The notes beneath the pieces are model-generated. The model did no database searches. It was not told the DNA's origin and was given only the letters and a program-made list of their open reading frames with translations. The translations under genes and the position numbers were made by a program. From Mytilus californianus (lineage: Eukaryota): a stretch of DNA of 64,000 nt. This document shows, in pieces, positions 1 through 14,100 of the stretch. Location: the NCBI RefSeq assembly GCF_021869535.1, contig NW_026262659.1:2418001-2482000 (forward strand). The letters run 5' to 3'. Every line of letters begins with the position of its first letter. Position 1 is the stretch's first letter.

Positions 1-330
1 AGTTTTGTTAAAATAAACTCTTAAACATCGCTGATGTATTATTGACTTGCAAGTTAATAAGTCAACCTCATTTGAATCTGTATTCATACAACCTTCAATT
101 TAACTCTTAGCTGGAGATTGCTTATGCATGTGCTAGGCATGTTCAGTTATAAAAAGGAAAAGAATGTTAACATTGAAAAGTGAAACAAAGGAGCTACAAT
201 AAAGAAACATTTGGTTGACTTCTGCACACACAGAAATCATTCTCATACAGGTAAAATGATGACTTGCATATTTTTGTCATCAATTACATGAAATCAAACA
301 GACATAGAAAAATTGTTATATGATTGCATT
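1..330 (+). mobile_element. Diverged internal fragment of the Kolobok-like MITE family (see 14101-14781)
   Basis: Colinear similarity to ~14230-14510 (cttgcaag..aataa..tcaacctcatt..gaatc; acattgaaaagtgaaacaaagg); no termini in view. Confidence 0.5.
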
Positions 331-989
331 GTCTTGTCTATTTAAGAAATAACTCATGGGGACTTGAATTTATATTGATTTTACCATGTGTTGGCCCTTT
401 ATGCTAAATATTTTATCTCTAGGGGTAAAATATAGACATAAAGGGCCAACCCGCGGTAAAATCAATATAAATTCAAACTGTCATGAATTATTTTTATTCT
501 AATAGGACAAAGACAGCAATTCTTTGGAATCATAGCACTATAGGTGAAGACATATTTGCTGTTCCCATAATTAAACACACTATTAATACTGACGTAAAAG
601 ATGAAGAAACCTGAATTAGTGATATGCATAAATACTTTAATTTTGGATGTAACATGTCTTCTGATTGGCTGAGACACAATTTTGTCATGTGACCGTGACA
701 TCATCAATTTTTTTTCATGATTTGCTCCTTAAAAATGGAATTTAGAATTAAATTCTGAGGAAGGAATGTAATATTTTTTCTGTCTATTCGAAATACACCA
801 TATTTTTGATGCCATTTCTTCATAGACAGGAAAAGTATTAGTCATTATGTTGATATGTTATGTCACTCCCCAGGTTGGAGAGGGTTGAGTGTTTGCAAAC
901 ATAATTAACGATGGTGATGATAAGAATTTGTTGAAAGCAAATTTTCTTAAAAAAAAAAGTAAGATCCAAACCAGCTGTCTAAGTATGTT

Positions 990-1420
990 ATTGTAAATTA
1001 CTTATTAAAGGAAGAAAAATTTATAAAACTCTGTTGAAAAGGGCTTAACTCATCAAAAACAAATATGATAGACTGCCACAAACAATACCCACTGAATAAC
1101 TGGCTCTGAATTTGGTGTAGGCTCATGCAGAACCTGCCATGGGTACTCAACCGTCACCAACCTAGGACTGGTGTAACAACACAAAATAAGAACAAGTTAT
1201 AGAACTCAGTTGAAAAGGGCATAACTCATCAAAAACTAATATGATAGACTGCCACAAACAACACCCACTGAATCACAGGATCTAAAGTGGGGTAGGTTCA
1301 TGCAGAATGGAGCATGGTTGCAAGCACTCAACACTCCCCAACCTGTAGCGTAACAGTACAATATAGGAACAAGCTTTAAAATTTGAAAAGGGCTTAACTC
1401 ATCTGATCGACACAAAGCAC
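990..1420. repeat. Degenerate ~175-bp tandem repeat (about 2.5 units) of a dispersed repeat module
   Basis: gaaaagggc(t/a)taactcatc recurs at 1036, 1212 and 1385, with similar downstream sequence in the first two units. Confidence 0.55.
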
Positions 1421-1647
1421 TAAAAACAACTAACAAAAAGATTAAAGATGCAAAGTACTGATCTAAGAGAACTCTCCGTTACTGACAGCTAGTTCAAAGT
1501 CAATAACAACTAATAAATCAATCATGTTTCAAAAATCAATCAGTACACATACAATTAATGGATTAAGTGTAAAGACATCTTAAACCGCATGAAAAAACAT
1601 GACCTTGTGAAATGCCAAAATATAAGTATCCACAGGCTGTAGGTCTG

Positions 1648-3600
1648 ATAAACAAATCAATATTGGTCCAAGAATCAAACCAATGAACCACAACATACAT
1701 AAACAAATCAATATTGGTCAAAGAATCAAACCAATGCACCACAACATACATAAATAAATCTATATTGGTCCAAGAATCAAACCAATGAACCACAACATAC
1801 ATAAACAAATCTATATTGGTCCAAGAATCAAACCAAATACAACATACATAAACAAATCTATATTGGTCTAAGAATCAATATTGGTCCAAGAATGAAACCA
1901 ATGCACCACAACATACATAAACAAATCTATATTGGTCCAAGAATCAAACCAATGCATCACAACATACATAAACAAATCTATATTGGTCCAAGAATCAAAC
2001 CAAATACAACATACATAAACAAATCTATATTGGTCCAAGAATCAAACCAATGAACCACAACATACATAAACAAATCTATATTGGTCCAAGAATCAAACCA
2101 ATGCATCACAACATACATAAACAAATCTAGATTGGTCCAAGAATCAAACCAAATACAACATACATAAACAAATCTATATTGGTCCAAGAATCAAACCAAT
2201 GAACCACAACATACATAAACAAATCTATATTGGTCCAAGAATCAAACCAATTAAACACAACATACATAAACAAATCAATATTGGTCCAAGAATCAAACCA
2301 ATGCACCACAACATACATAAATAAATCTATATTGGTCCAAGAATCAAACCAATTAAACACAACATACATAAACAAATCTATATTGGTCCAAGAATCAAAC
2401 CAATTAAACACAACATACATAAACAAATCTATATTGGTCCAAGAATCAAACCAATTAAACACAACATACATAAACAAATCTATATTGGTCCAAGAATCAT
2501 TCCAATGCACCACAACATACATAAACAAATCAATATTGGTCCAAGAATCAAACCAATTAAACACAACATACATAAACAAATCTTTATTGGTCCAAGAATC
2601 AAACCAATGAACCACAACATACATAAACAAATCTATATTGGTCCAAGAATCAAACCAATTAAACACAACATACATAAACAAATCTATATTGGTCCAAGAA
2701 TCAAACCAATTAAACACAACATACATAAACAAATCTATATTGGTCCAAGAATCAAACCAATTAAACACAACATACATAAACAAATCTATATTGGTCCAAG
2801 AATCAAACCAATTAAACACAACATACATAAACAAATCTATATTGGTCCAAGAATCATTACAATGCACCACAACATACATAAACAAATCTATATTGGTCCA
2901 AGAATCAAACCAATTAAACACAACATACATAAACAAATCTATATTGGTCCAAGAATCAAACCAATTAAACACAACATACATAAACAAATCTATATTGGTC
3001 CAAGAATCAAACCAATTAAACACAACATACATAAACAAATCAATATTGGTCCAAGAATCAAACCAATTAAACACAACATACATAAACAAATCTTTATTGG
3101 TCCAAGAATCAAACCAATGAACCACAACATACATAAACAAATCTATATTGGTCCAAGAATCAAACCAATTAAACACAACATACATAAACAAATCTATATT
3201 GGTCCAAGAATCAAACCAATTAAACACAACATACATAAACAAATCTATATTGGTCCAAGAATCAAACCAATTAAACACAACATACATAAACAAATCTATA
3301 TTGGTCCAAGAATCAAACCAATTAAACACAACATACATAAACAAATCTATATTGGTCCAAGAATCATTACAATGCACCACAACATACATAAACAAATCAA
3401 TATTGGTCCAAGAATCAAACCAATTAAACACAACATACATAAACAAATCAATATTGGTCCAAGAATCAAACCAATTAAACACAACATACATAAACAAATC
3501 TATATTGGTCCAAGAATCAAACCAATGAACCACAACATACATAAACAAATCTATATTGGTCCAAGAATCAAACCAATTAAACACAACATACATAAACAAA
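1648..3600. repeat. 51-bp minisatellite, about 38 copies
   Basis: Unit aaacaaatctatattggtccaagaatcaaaccaattaaacacaacatacat read directly; a few shorter variants at the left end. Confidence 0.97.
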
Positions 3601-3696
3601 TGACAGTTTTCATCAAACTTTTCTTGGCTTCTATGAAAGGGAATGATTTTATATTTGGTCTACAGCTTGAAAATGATGAGTTTTAGGGTGTATAGA

Positions 3697-3962
3697 TATA
3701 GGAAGATGTGGTATGAGTGCCAATGAGACAACTCTCCATCCAAGTAACAATTTATAAAAGTAAACCATTATAGGTCAAGGTACGGCCTTCAACACAGAGC
3801 ATTGGCTCACCCCGAACAGAAAGCTATAAAGGGCCCCAAAAAATTACTAGTGTAAAACCATTCAAACGGGGAAAACCAACGGTCTAATCTATATAAAAAC
3901 TAGAAACGAGAAACACATATGAACTACATAAACAGACGACAACTACTGTACATCAGATTCCT
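3697..3962 (+). repeat. Dispersed SINE-like repeat (gatgtggtatgagtgccaatgagacaactc family), near-identical to 20180-20440
   Basis: Both copies share ~260 bp and end at cagattcct. Related copies lie at ~12570-12870(-), 21465-21570, 34700-35095(-), 36930-37290 and 58900-59670(-). Confidence 0.8.
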
Positions 3963-4345
3963 AGGCTATTTGAACATCGTGCCATGCTTCCATTTCCTGT
4001 TTACCAATAGTTGAAATTTTACAACACTCATTATACAAGGAAAATTTTTGTAAATGTTTTCGAGGCTTCAATGAAAAAAAAGGATCAGTTATGCTTTAGT
4101 TTTCATGAAACCTCTATCAATTGCATGCATCCACTCAGGTCCAGACCTGGTTTTGGTTGTGTAAAATTAAGTGATTTTTGAATAATTAGCTCTTGACCTG
4201 AATATGCTTTAACAATTTATCTTACTTTACGACATATTTGAAGTAAACTAGTTACATCTTAGCATCTTCACAAAAGTTTGAACTAATTTCATCTATGTTG
4301 CCTTTTTTTAATTTAATTTTTATAAAAATTAGTTAGAACTTTCCT

Positions 4346-7300
4346 CTATCTGTGATTTAGCTTGTCAGAATTATAAGAATTAGGTAAAGCTTTCCTCCAT
4401 CCTTTGAGCAACTTGTCAGACAGGTCAGCTACCACATCTATATAATCCCATAGTCCAGCTACATTGTTATCTTCATCAGGATCTATGTCATGTACATATA
4501 ACTCTCTAGCATGTAAATCTGTCCAATTAGTTTTCAAAGTCAAAGGGTCAAAACCTACCCATTCAGTATACCGGTACTTATCAGTTCTCATGGTATATCC
4601 CATAATTTTAATATCTTTCAATTTCGGCTGATCGCTATTTTCCTGGGGTAAATCTGACGGTCGAGGATACTGACTGAAAGCGGCAGATTTCCATTTCAGG
4701 TCTGAAGCACCATTATTGAAAACAGTATCTTTAATCAAGGGAAGAAAACTAGTTCCTTCAGTGCATAGTTCTATATCGGAATCATTATCAGGACATAATT
4801 CAGGAACCTTAATGCCACTTAGTTCAGATATCGTTGGAAAGACATCAACAAGTTCAACCAAGGCATTTGTTACTCTATAATTATCTTTGTTTATGAAATT
4901 GCGATCAAAGATAAACTTTCTGTGTAAATTTTGTCCTTTATTGGTCAGACCAGGCACATAAACAATCAATGGCACTCTGGTTGCTACCTCAAAATTACTG
5001 TACTTAGACCATTCCTGGTGTTCTCCTAGAGACCAGCCTGGAAATAATATTCAAAATTAGATGTTTTGTCCAGTGTAGTAAGGAATCTCACTGACATATT
5101 CATAGTATTCAATAGCTTTAATTAGCAATTCTTAAAATAATGCATTTTCGATATATTTCCAATAAGATATGATGTTACAATAAGTCTTTTACACTTGCCG
5201 ACCAATTGGGTGGCCACTCATCCCTAATTTTACAACACTCTGTAAGTATTGTAAAAAGTATCTTTCAAGTTTAGCTGTTCTCAAGAAAAGACTATTCTAT
5301 TATTGTTTCCCAAAGTAAGGCTGAGACAGTTGAAAGCTGAGTTATATTTAAAAAGAGAGGCAAAAGATACCAAAGGGACATTCAAACTCATAAATCGAAA
5401 ACAAACTGACAATGCCATGGCAATTAAGGAAAAACAATGAAAAGAAAAACAACAGTACACAAAACACAATATAGAATACTAAAACCTGAGCAAACACAAA
5501 CCCAATCAAAAACTGGGGGTGATCTCAGATGCTCAGGAATGGTAAGCAGCTCCTGCTCCATATGTGGCACCTGTCGTGTTGCTCATGTAAGTTCAAACCC
5601 CAGTGATAATTCTAATTCTACCTTACTAACAATACTGACAAAGATATCTGCACGGTTGGCACTCATTTACATCCCCCTAAGAGGGGTGGCTGCAGGATTC
5701 CCCAAAAAATAAAGCATTCTATATTAGATCTAGAAAAATTAATCATTAATTCCCAAGTCCAGATAAGGGTAAATCCAGAATTCCTGTGAAAATAAAGGCC
5801 CAACCCCGAATTCCCCCATAAATAAAGGTATAATACTGATGTCCAGAAAAAGGTCCTTCGGCCTCTCCCCCAAGGGTCTTTCTGGAGACAATATTCAAAT
5901 TGTTTATGATAGATGTATAGAAGATGAGTGTTAACAAAATATCACATGATAAATGTTTGCCTTAAGTTACAAATAAGTAATAAAATTGTGACTGCAAACC
6001 TTGGTTTGTAATGATCAATACAGATAGATTAGCACTGAAATAAGCTAGAAAAGTGTACAGAAATGCATTTTTTTTTGCATGAATGTTCAATTAAAGCAAG
6101 ATATTCATGTCTGATTTTTTTTAAATACCGGTATATACAGAAAAACTTCTAATTAAAAAATTTAAGATTTTGCTTTTTAACTACTTTCTTCAATTTGCCA
6201 TTGAACTCATTGTGTGATAATTTTCCATCTCAAGCTATTCAACTGAGAAGGGTTTTTTATCAGTCAAATAAATTGAGAATGTCATAATGTCATAAGCCTA
6301 ACATCATTGGCGGTGCCTATGAAATAGCTATCAACAGATTATCTTGGTCTTTTAAACCAGATCTCATCTCAGGATTCGCTTCCACCAGCCCAGTAGTCAG
6401 CACTTCTATGTTAACATGGCATATCATTGATATGGTCAATTTTTAAAATAACTGTTTAAAAAATTTTAAATTGTTCGAAATACTCAGGATTTTCTACCCC
6501 ATGAATAGATTACCTTACTGGTAGCTGAATTTGTCAAAACCTTTCAGATTTTTGGGTCCTCAATGCTCTTCAACTTTGTACTTTATTTGGCATTTTAAAT
6601 TTTTTGATTTGAGCATCACTGATGAGTCTTTTGTAAATGAAATGTGTGTCTGGCGTACAAAGTTAAAAGCCTGGTATCTTTGATGAGGTTTTTTTTCACT
6701 ATCTCAATGAAATTGAAGCAGAGAATTTAACTCCCTTATTTTCATATTCATGAATAATTTTTAATAATATGAGGAATTGTTAAGCAACTAAAATGAAAGC
6801 AAACATCATTAACCAAATACATTTTTAGATTTTAAAGGAATATTTTTTTCCCACTGAATACTAACCATGATCCCCCATAAATACTATAACAGTATTACTT
6901 GACAGGTTGTACTTTTCTAATCCCTTCAGTAACTGTCCCACTTGGTCATCCATATAGGAGGTAGCTGCATAGTAACTTTGTCTCACTAACAGCTACGAAC
7001 ATAAAAACAAAAGCAACCATTGCCAGTTTGCAAGATCTTCTTACTCTTAAATTATCAGTGCAGAATAGTACATTTTAATTACAGTATTTTTAAAAGAGTT
7101 TGGCTGGATTTCAGTATTGTGTCAGATTTTACATTACATACAATAGGGAACAGACAGATCTAGAATATTTGATGTACTACAAAATACAGTAAAAGAACAC
7201 AATCTTTTTACTGTCACTCTTCATCTTCATCTTAACAATTGCAGTATAAAAGAAGCAAAAAATAAATTGCTTGTTTAAATTATAAAAAATCAATAGTTTA

Positions 7301-10300
7301 TTATCCACAAATAATTGATTATGTTTTTAATATTCAAAATTATATAAAAAATGATGTATATATGTAGCAGAGTGATTTTTTATGCTTCATAAATTATGTA
7401 ATTTGCACTTTGGAAATCATTGATTTATATTAAAAATCTACTTATCAAATTCCTATTGGAGTCTTAGTTTTATTATTTCACTCTTGCAAAGTATTGTAAT
7501 TAAAGGATATTTATCCTTTAAGATTTGATTTAGTATATAATTTACATATTGAGTAATGTTACTCATACATATTCATGGGGGTTAAAATTGAACTCTTGTT
7601 TTGATTGGTTCTTAGTTATTGGCGGTTAAGTTGAGTTTTTCCTTTGTGATCTTTGTGAAGAATTTAACTGGACATTGGTCAGTGAAAGACGTCCATTTAT
7701 TTATCCAGATGTTATAACTCAGAAACCATATTTACAGATTGTATATTACTAGATTCAGCTTTATAGTTTTCTAGACATGACTAGTAAGTTTCACATTCCT
7801 CTTTATTAACATTTTGACACAAATTAATAGATTTGGTTAACTTTCCTATTTTAGAGTAATTACTCTTTAGATCGCATGTTTATAACACCGGAATGAAAGA
7901 TTTGAATGAGCGTATTTTGGTAAAGAAGCTAGTTCATATTTTTATAGAGTAATGTAATATTTGCCGCTGGTCATAGCGTTGTTATGTAATGTTTAGAGAT
8001 ATCGTAATAACAGTATTTTACGAATACTGCATGTAGAAAAATGGCGTCATGTATGATAAATTAGAGTATATTGTGAAAAGAATATTTGAGTTACATGTTT
8101 GCGTAATGCTATTTTTATATAGACGAATTGAATACAATTGTCATGTGTTTAGTATTTTATATAATTACTAAGAGTCCGTTTTTTTTATTGTATTTTGGTT
8201 TTCAGGACTCTGATGTAGATTACTTGTTTATACTTTGTACCAAGTTCCTAATTTACTGGAGAACTCACTCCACAAGTGGTAAGCGCATAATTTGTAGTTT
8301 TTGTACTATTTTATACTATAGAAATAATAGTAAGTCATGGATTATTTCCTTTGACGATTTGCGCATTTTTAGCAAATCAGTTGTATAGAATTTATATGTC
8401 GATATTCAGACATAGTAAATACTTTTTGAATGTTGTAATATTTGTAAAGTTTAATTGTAAACTTTCATGTACTTGCGAGAAGTAATTTTAAGGATACATC
8501 TAATTCTATTTGGTTGTAAACACGGTGAAACTGATTAGCGTTATATTTAAATGTCGGTCACAGAAACCGGTTTATTAAAGTACATGTGACATGTGATGTA
8601 CATTTCACTACACAATTGAATGAATGAACATTCCATAGTAAATGTGTATCTAATGTTTATAGTAACACTATTATATTAGAAATTGTTTAAACTGAATTAA
8701 AATTGTCTGTGATATAATATGTGTATAATATATTCTATGTTACATGAACTATCATTAATGTTTATAATTTTGTTATTTCAGAGTTTTTATTCTCTGGTAA
8801 TAAACCATCCGAAATCTAGAAAGTCTTCTGTTATTTATACCGGAAGAGACCCCTTTCACATATACTGTAAACAAACTTATTTTTGAGGATTCTGTATTTT
8901 GTGTTTAAAAGATACAACCTATGGAATCCTGTCTTTGAGGCAATCAAGCTTCCAAGAGACCACTGGGTTGTTTTTTTTCATTGCCTAACACAAATCACAA
9001 CCTGTGCTGCTAAAGAGACGATAATATCAAGTTCTTTTAAGTTCCATCTTACCTGGTAATGTTTTGGTAAGGGTCCATAAGGGAAACTGACATGTAACAT
9101 TTTAACATCATCTCTTTCTCTGAGATCTGCCCAAGGATTCCAGGCAACTAATGGCAGTTTTGGAGGTAGACTAGGATCTGGGGCTAAATGTACTTTATCT
9201 AATGGGTATAAATCTGAAATAATTAGATATCAAAAAATGTATATAAAGCAATTTAATATGAGGACAAATTAGGTACTAAGGACATCTAACTCATTGAAAG
9301 GTACTGGTAGTTGTATAATGGATAGATACCAGTAGTAAATCTGAAAATAACATACAATTTAATCTTCACTACAATCCATACATTTTCCATCAAAATCCAA
9401 TGATATCCTTTCCCACTAAAACTTTCCATTCTTTCAAATGCTTGCATCTAAAAAAACATGCACACAACCCTCACAAAACTTTTCATAATATTGATGTATC
9501 ATTCATGTAATTTCTGTTAAAAAGAGGACTCCTCAGCTTGTGTGATAATGGTGTTATCTTATTGAACAATGTTTTGATTGTTTTGTTGGGTGGCTGTCTT
9601 GTAGATGTATACTTCATCTTTCCTTATAATCATATTTAAAAATACAAACTGAGATATTCTTTAGGATACTTCAGCGGAATGTGAGGCTTATGATATCCAA
9701 CAGCCAGGAAAAATGGTTGCCCTGAAAACCTAGAAACATTCTGCATGATCTGTAATGCATGCTGGGTACTTTGTAGATCAGGTAGAGTCTTCTCTGGCAT
9801 GGCTGTCACATCAACAGGACAAACTATATTCATATAGAGCTTTCCATCAGGCCCTGGACATACCTATAACAGAACAGGTTATGTTTATGTAGTGTAACCA
9901 TCCGGTTTGCCAAAAACTGTAACAGACCATATACAAATGAAAGAAACACATGCCTGTATATCATAGGACTCTTCTATATGTACCACTTTCAAATGAACTG
10001 CAAAGGAGAAGGTCCGGTAAGGGCTAGTTTTGGCCTATTATGCGAAGTACATCTAATGAAAGTTTTTTGACATTTGTTAAACATTTAAGTGTCTACCTCA
10101 GTCGATTCAATTAGTTTATGTAAAAGATTTGGACTGAATTGGTCATTAAAGATGCTCAAATTCAAGCTTAATTATGAAAAATCTATCAAATATGCCTTAA
10201 AACGTCACTTTTCAGATGGTTTTTGTCTAAAATGTAAGTGGTCGCATTCGTGTTCAGTCTTAACCTTTATATATGTTATGTATTATCATCAAATACAACA

Positions 10301-13297
10301 TATATTTAAATATTAAGACTGAACACAAATGCAGCCACTTCCATTTTGGACAAAAACCGTCATAAAATTAGCACAAATGCTAAAATTGTGAAGATTTCAG
10401 TAATATTGCATGAATTTATGATGCTATTGCCTGATGCATGTGCATTTTATTGTCAAAAACAGCCCATAATTATGGAACAGAAGTACTCTTCTTTCCAATA
10501 AATAGCTAAACGTTTACACTTTAAAAAATTGGTAAAAATGCTATATTTTGGGGCCAAAAAGGGGTCGTACCGGACCTACTCCTTTGACGAAAGATATCAA
10601 AATAAAATCAGGGTTTGTAATTAAATCATGTAAATGTTTTCTAAAAAAAAAAGTACACCACTAAATTCATTATCTTGTATTCTTGTACGTACATCAATTA
10701 CATTTTGGAATACAAAAAGGATGGTAGGGTGGGACAGACCTTAGCCATCTTATATTGCTGAGTGGAAGGATAGTAGGGTGGAACTGACATTAGCCATCTT
10801 ATATTGCTGAGTTGAAGGGTGGTAGGGTGGTACTGACCTTAGCCATCTTATATTGCTGAGTTGAAGGGTGGTAGGGTGGAACTGACCTTAGCCATCTTAT
10901 ATTGCTGAGTTGAAGGGTGGTAGGGTGGGACAGACCTTAGCCATCTTATATTGCTGAGTTGATGGATGGTAGCGTGGGACTGACCTTAGCCATCTTATAT
11001 TGCTGAGTTGATGGATGGTAGCGTGGGACTGACCTTAGCCATCTTATATTGCTGAGTTGAAGGGTGGTAGGGTGGAACTGACCTTAGCCATCTTATATTG
11101 CTGAGTTGAAGGATGGTAGAGTAGTATTGACCTTAGCCATCTTATATTGCTGAGTTGATGGATGGTAGGGTGGAACTGACCTTAGCCATCTTATATTGCT
11201 GAGTTGAAGGATGGTAGAGTAGTATTGACCTTAGCCATCTTATATTGCTGAGTTGAAGGATGGTAGGGTGGGACTGACATTAGCCATCTTATATTGCTGA
11301 GTTGAAGGGTGGTAGGGTGGGACTGACCTTAACCATCTTATATTGCTGAGTTGAAGGGTGGTAGGGTGGGACTGACATTAGCCATCTTATAGTGCTGAGT
11401 TGAAGGGTGGTAGGACGGGACTGACCTTAACCATCTTATATTGCTGAGTTGAAGGGTGGTAGGGTGGGACTGACCTTAACCATCTTATATTGCTGAGTTG
11501 AAGGATGGTAGGGTGGGACTGACCTTAACCATCTTATATTGCTGAGTTGATGGATGGTAGGGTGGGACTGACCTTAGCCATCTTATATTGCTGAGTTGAT
11601 AGATGGTACAGTGGGACTGACCTTAGCCATCTTATATTGCTGAGTTGAAGGATGGTAGGGTGGGACTGACCTTAGCCATCTTATATTTCTGAGTTGATGG
11701 ATGGTACGGTGGGAATGACCAGCTGTATGGATAATCATCTGTTTTTCCTGAAGCTGCACCTAAAATCAAAATTTATCAACATCAAGGATATGGAATATAA
11801 CAATATTATTTTATGGTTCAATGATAAGTTTATTGGCTGTTATCATGTACCATTGAACAAAGGTCAGCATTTTTGTTCCTACACTGTTTTTTTGTGGAGT
11901 ATTATTAACTGGAAATTTGTCAATCTTTTGCACTTTTTTAATTCATTGCTTTCTTTGTTTTGTACTAAAGTGGCTTAAATCTATTTTGTGTCAGCTATAT
12001 TTACAGAGTTACTTCCCATTAAACACATTACCTGGGTGGAAGATTTTGCCAACAGAGAATGTGACATATCCATTGTTTTTGAAGTGTTGTGGTAATGTTG
12101 TAAAGTTGCCTCCCTTTTTACGCCAATATGTATGCTGGTCATACACATGTGTTGTATTAGGACGTCTACTTGTCAGAAAGGAAGCTCTACTAGGTCCACA
12201 TATAGCTTGCTGAAAAGAAGAATATAAGAAATTATCTCCCCTTCTAGAGCAATCCATAGTCTGTAGTGCTTGTTGTGTTTGTTTATCATGGTTATATTAT
12301 AAATGATGTCATATTAAGTAATCTATATAAAAACAAGTTACTTGCTCATTGATAAAAATGGACAAACAAATTACCAACCTTTTTACTTTGCAATTTCTCA
12401 ACTACTGGGGTACCACTGATCCAGGGAACAATTCTTTTTAAAATTTCATAACTACTATCTCTCAACCAACATTCACTTAGAAAAGTTTTGTAAATTTAAA
12501 CGGTTGATTTCTAGTTCACATTTTCTCTATCAATACAAATATAATAGATGAACTAACATGTTTAACCCTACCACATTCTGTATGTATGTGCCTGTTCCAA
12601 GTGAGGATCCTGTAATTCAGTGGTTGTCGTTTGTTTAAGTGTTACATATTTGTTTTTTTTTCATTTTTTGTACATGAATTAGGCCGTTAGTTTTCTCGTT
12701 TGAATTGTTTTACATGGTTATTTTGGGGCCTTTTAAAGCTGACTGTGCAGTATGGGCTTTGCTCATTGTTGAAGGCTGTACGGTGACCTATAGTTGTTAA
12801 TTTCTGTGTCATTTGGTCTCTTGTGGAGAGTTGTCTCATTGGCAATCATAAACATCTTCTTTTTTATATTTTCCTGTTTTGTAACCATTGTTTCCATGAA
12901 AAATACACAAAATAATCAGCAAAATTCAGAAAATGTCTGTACCAAGTCAGGAATATGACAACTGTTTTCCAGTCATTTCGTTGGTTGATACAGTTTAGCT
13001 TTTAGTTTTTGTAAGTTTTTTTTACTTCCCCTATTTTGAATTTACCTTAGAGTTCGGTATTTTGGTTAATACATTTTTAAGAACTATTATTACTAGGAAA
13101 AGTCAAAGCAACAAACTTATAAATACACGAAGAGCTCATACCATACCATAGACAAATTACCTGTGCATATGTTCTGTTAAATACTACTGATTGACTTGCA
13201 AGGAGGTCAATATTTGGAGTGATCAAAGGTTCATATCCATAGCAACCAAGAGATGGTCTAAGATCATCTGCCACTATCAACAGAACATTCAGTTTCC
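4346..13297 (-). CDS. IDS: Iduronate 2-sulfatase, coding exons join(13297-13161,12209-12032,11759-11671,9863-9650,9213-9053,6992-6866,5037-4346); first (signal peptide) exon not firmly located
   Basis: All junctions are GT-AG and phase-compatible. Translation gives [20 protein letters not shown]..., the sulfatase CGPSR formylglycine motif, [34 protein letters not shown] and [17 protein letters not shown], colinear with vertebrate IDS. Exon sizes 137/178/89/127 match the human exons as I recall them. Confidence 0.95.
5348..5590 (-). mobile_element. Solo 3' tail fragment of the Penelope-like element
   Basis: Reverse complement of the 27490-27720 tail (aaaagagaggcaaaagataccaaagggaca...gggggtgatctcag...gcagctcctgctcc). 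Similar fragments at 19617-19812(-), 53680-53960(-), 39760-39830, 40280-40380 and 59875-60065(+). Confidence 0.75.
6385..6690 (+). mobile_element. Hammerhead-bearing short repeat module, decayed copy, antisense in the last IDS intron
   Basis: Matches 27255-27466. Core CTGATGA at ~6619 is retained, but stem II (GTC..AAT) and the ACGCGCGT palindrome (ATGTGTGT) show CpG-type decay. Confidence 0.7.
10001..10586. mobile_element. MITE with ~19-bp terminal inverted repeats
   Basis: CAAAGGAGAAGGTCCGGTA at the left end and TACCGGACCTACTCCTTTG at the right; no clean TSD seen. Confidence 0.7.
10719..11720 (-). repeat. 49-bp minisatellite = last 43 nt of IDS exon 4 plus GTCAGT donor, 20 copies including the real exon end
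   Basis: Minus-strand unit GTCAGT-CCCACCCTACCATCCTTCAACTCAGCAATATAAGATGGCTAAG. The exon-end motif recurs every 49 bp from 10740 to 11671. Confidence 0.95.
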
Positions 13298-14100
13298 CTA
13301 AAAGAGGTTTACAAACAAAATTTTTTTTTTTACTTCATTATAATTCAATAATTTTCATAATTAAACTTGATAATTTTATCTCCTCAAGTCATCACCAAAT
13401 ACAAATCTATTACAAAACTTCACTAGACACAAAGCATGCTAAGGGGTACTGACAGAAGGTGCTAATATTTTATATGAAATGCCTTATCAGGACTTACCAA
13501 ATATTCTCTAGCAGTACTAAAATACCTTTCTGGATTGTTTCTTTTCTTATTCAAAGTAAATTAAAATATCACTTAACTTCATCAGGAACGATAAAAACCA
13601 AAAATAATTTAATGATCAAGGATACAATAATCTCCTTCATCATCCCACCTTATCTTTGTTTTTTCATTGTTCCTCTATAATATTGGTACAAGAGGGCCTT
13701 ACCAATCCTCAACACTATGCTTCTGCACTGTAATTATAGGTTATGTAGTGCAGTGTTGAGTTGATCTTTACCGGTACACATTCTCCAATTGGTCAGCAAT
13801 CTTGTATCTGCCACAATAGGCAACTATCTTCACTACTACACAATCTCCTTTGGTTTCAGATCATAACTTGCATTTTGCTTCATCTTTTCTGAAGTAGCTG
13901 CCATTTAATTGAAGTTGGTGGCAGATATTTGGTTGTCACTTTTTAATTTTTTTATAACTTCAGTATGATTTAGAATTTGACATAAACTGTGCACACACAA
14001 GTCTTGTTTACTGCTGAAGACTTTGCTCACATTAGATGTATTTTTGTTATGTTTTGTTGGGTTATTCTCTCATTTACACATATACCCACACCCCATTTAA

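Noticed and set aside
2127-3686. 490-aa (-), 393-aa (+) and shorter ORFs of 17-aa repeats
   Set aside because: They are by-products of a 51-bp (3n) minisatellite with stop-free frames on both strands; there is no unique domain or convincing gene context.
1648-11720. CRISPR-like appearance of the 51-bp and 49-bp arrays
   Set aside because: The units are contiguous with no unique spacers, there are no cas genes, and the context is eukaryotic.
13569-13643. Signal-peptide-like MMKEIIVSLIIKLFLVFIVPDEVK* as IDS exon 1
   Set aside because: Available GT donors give phase 0 or 2, but the next exon needs phase 1; the frame stops at TGA.
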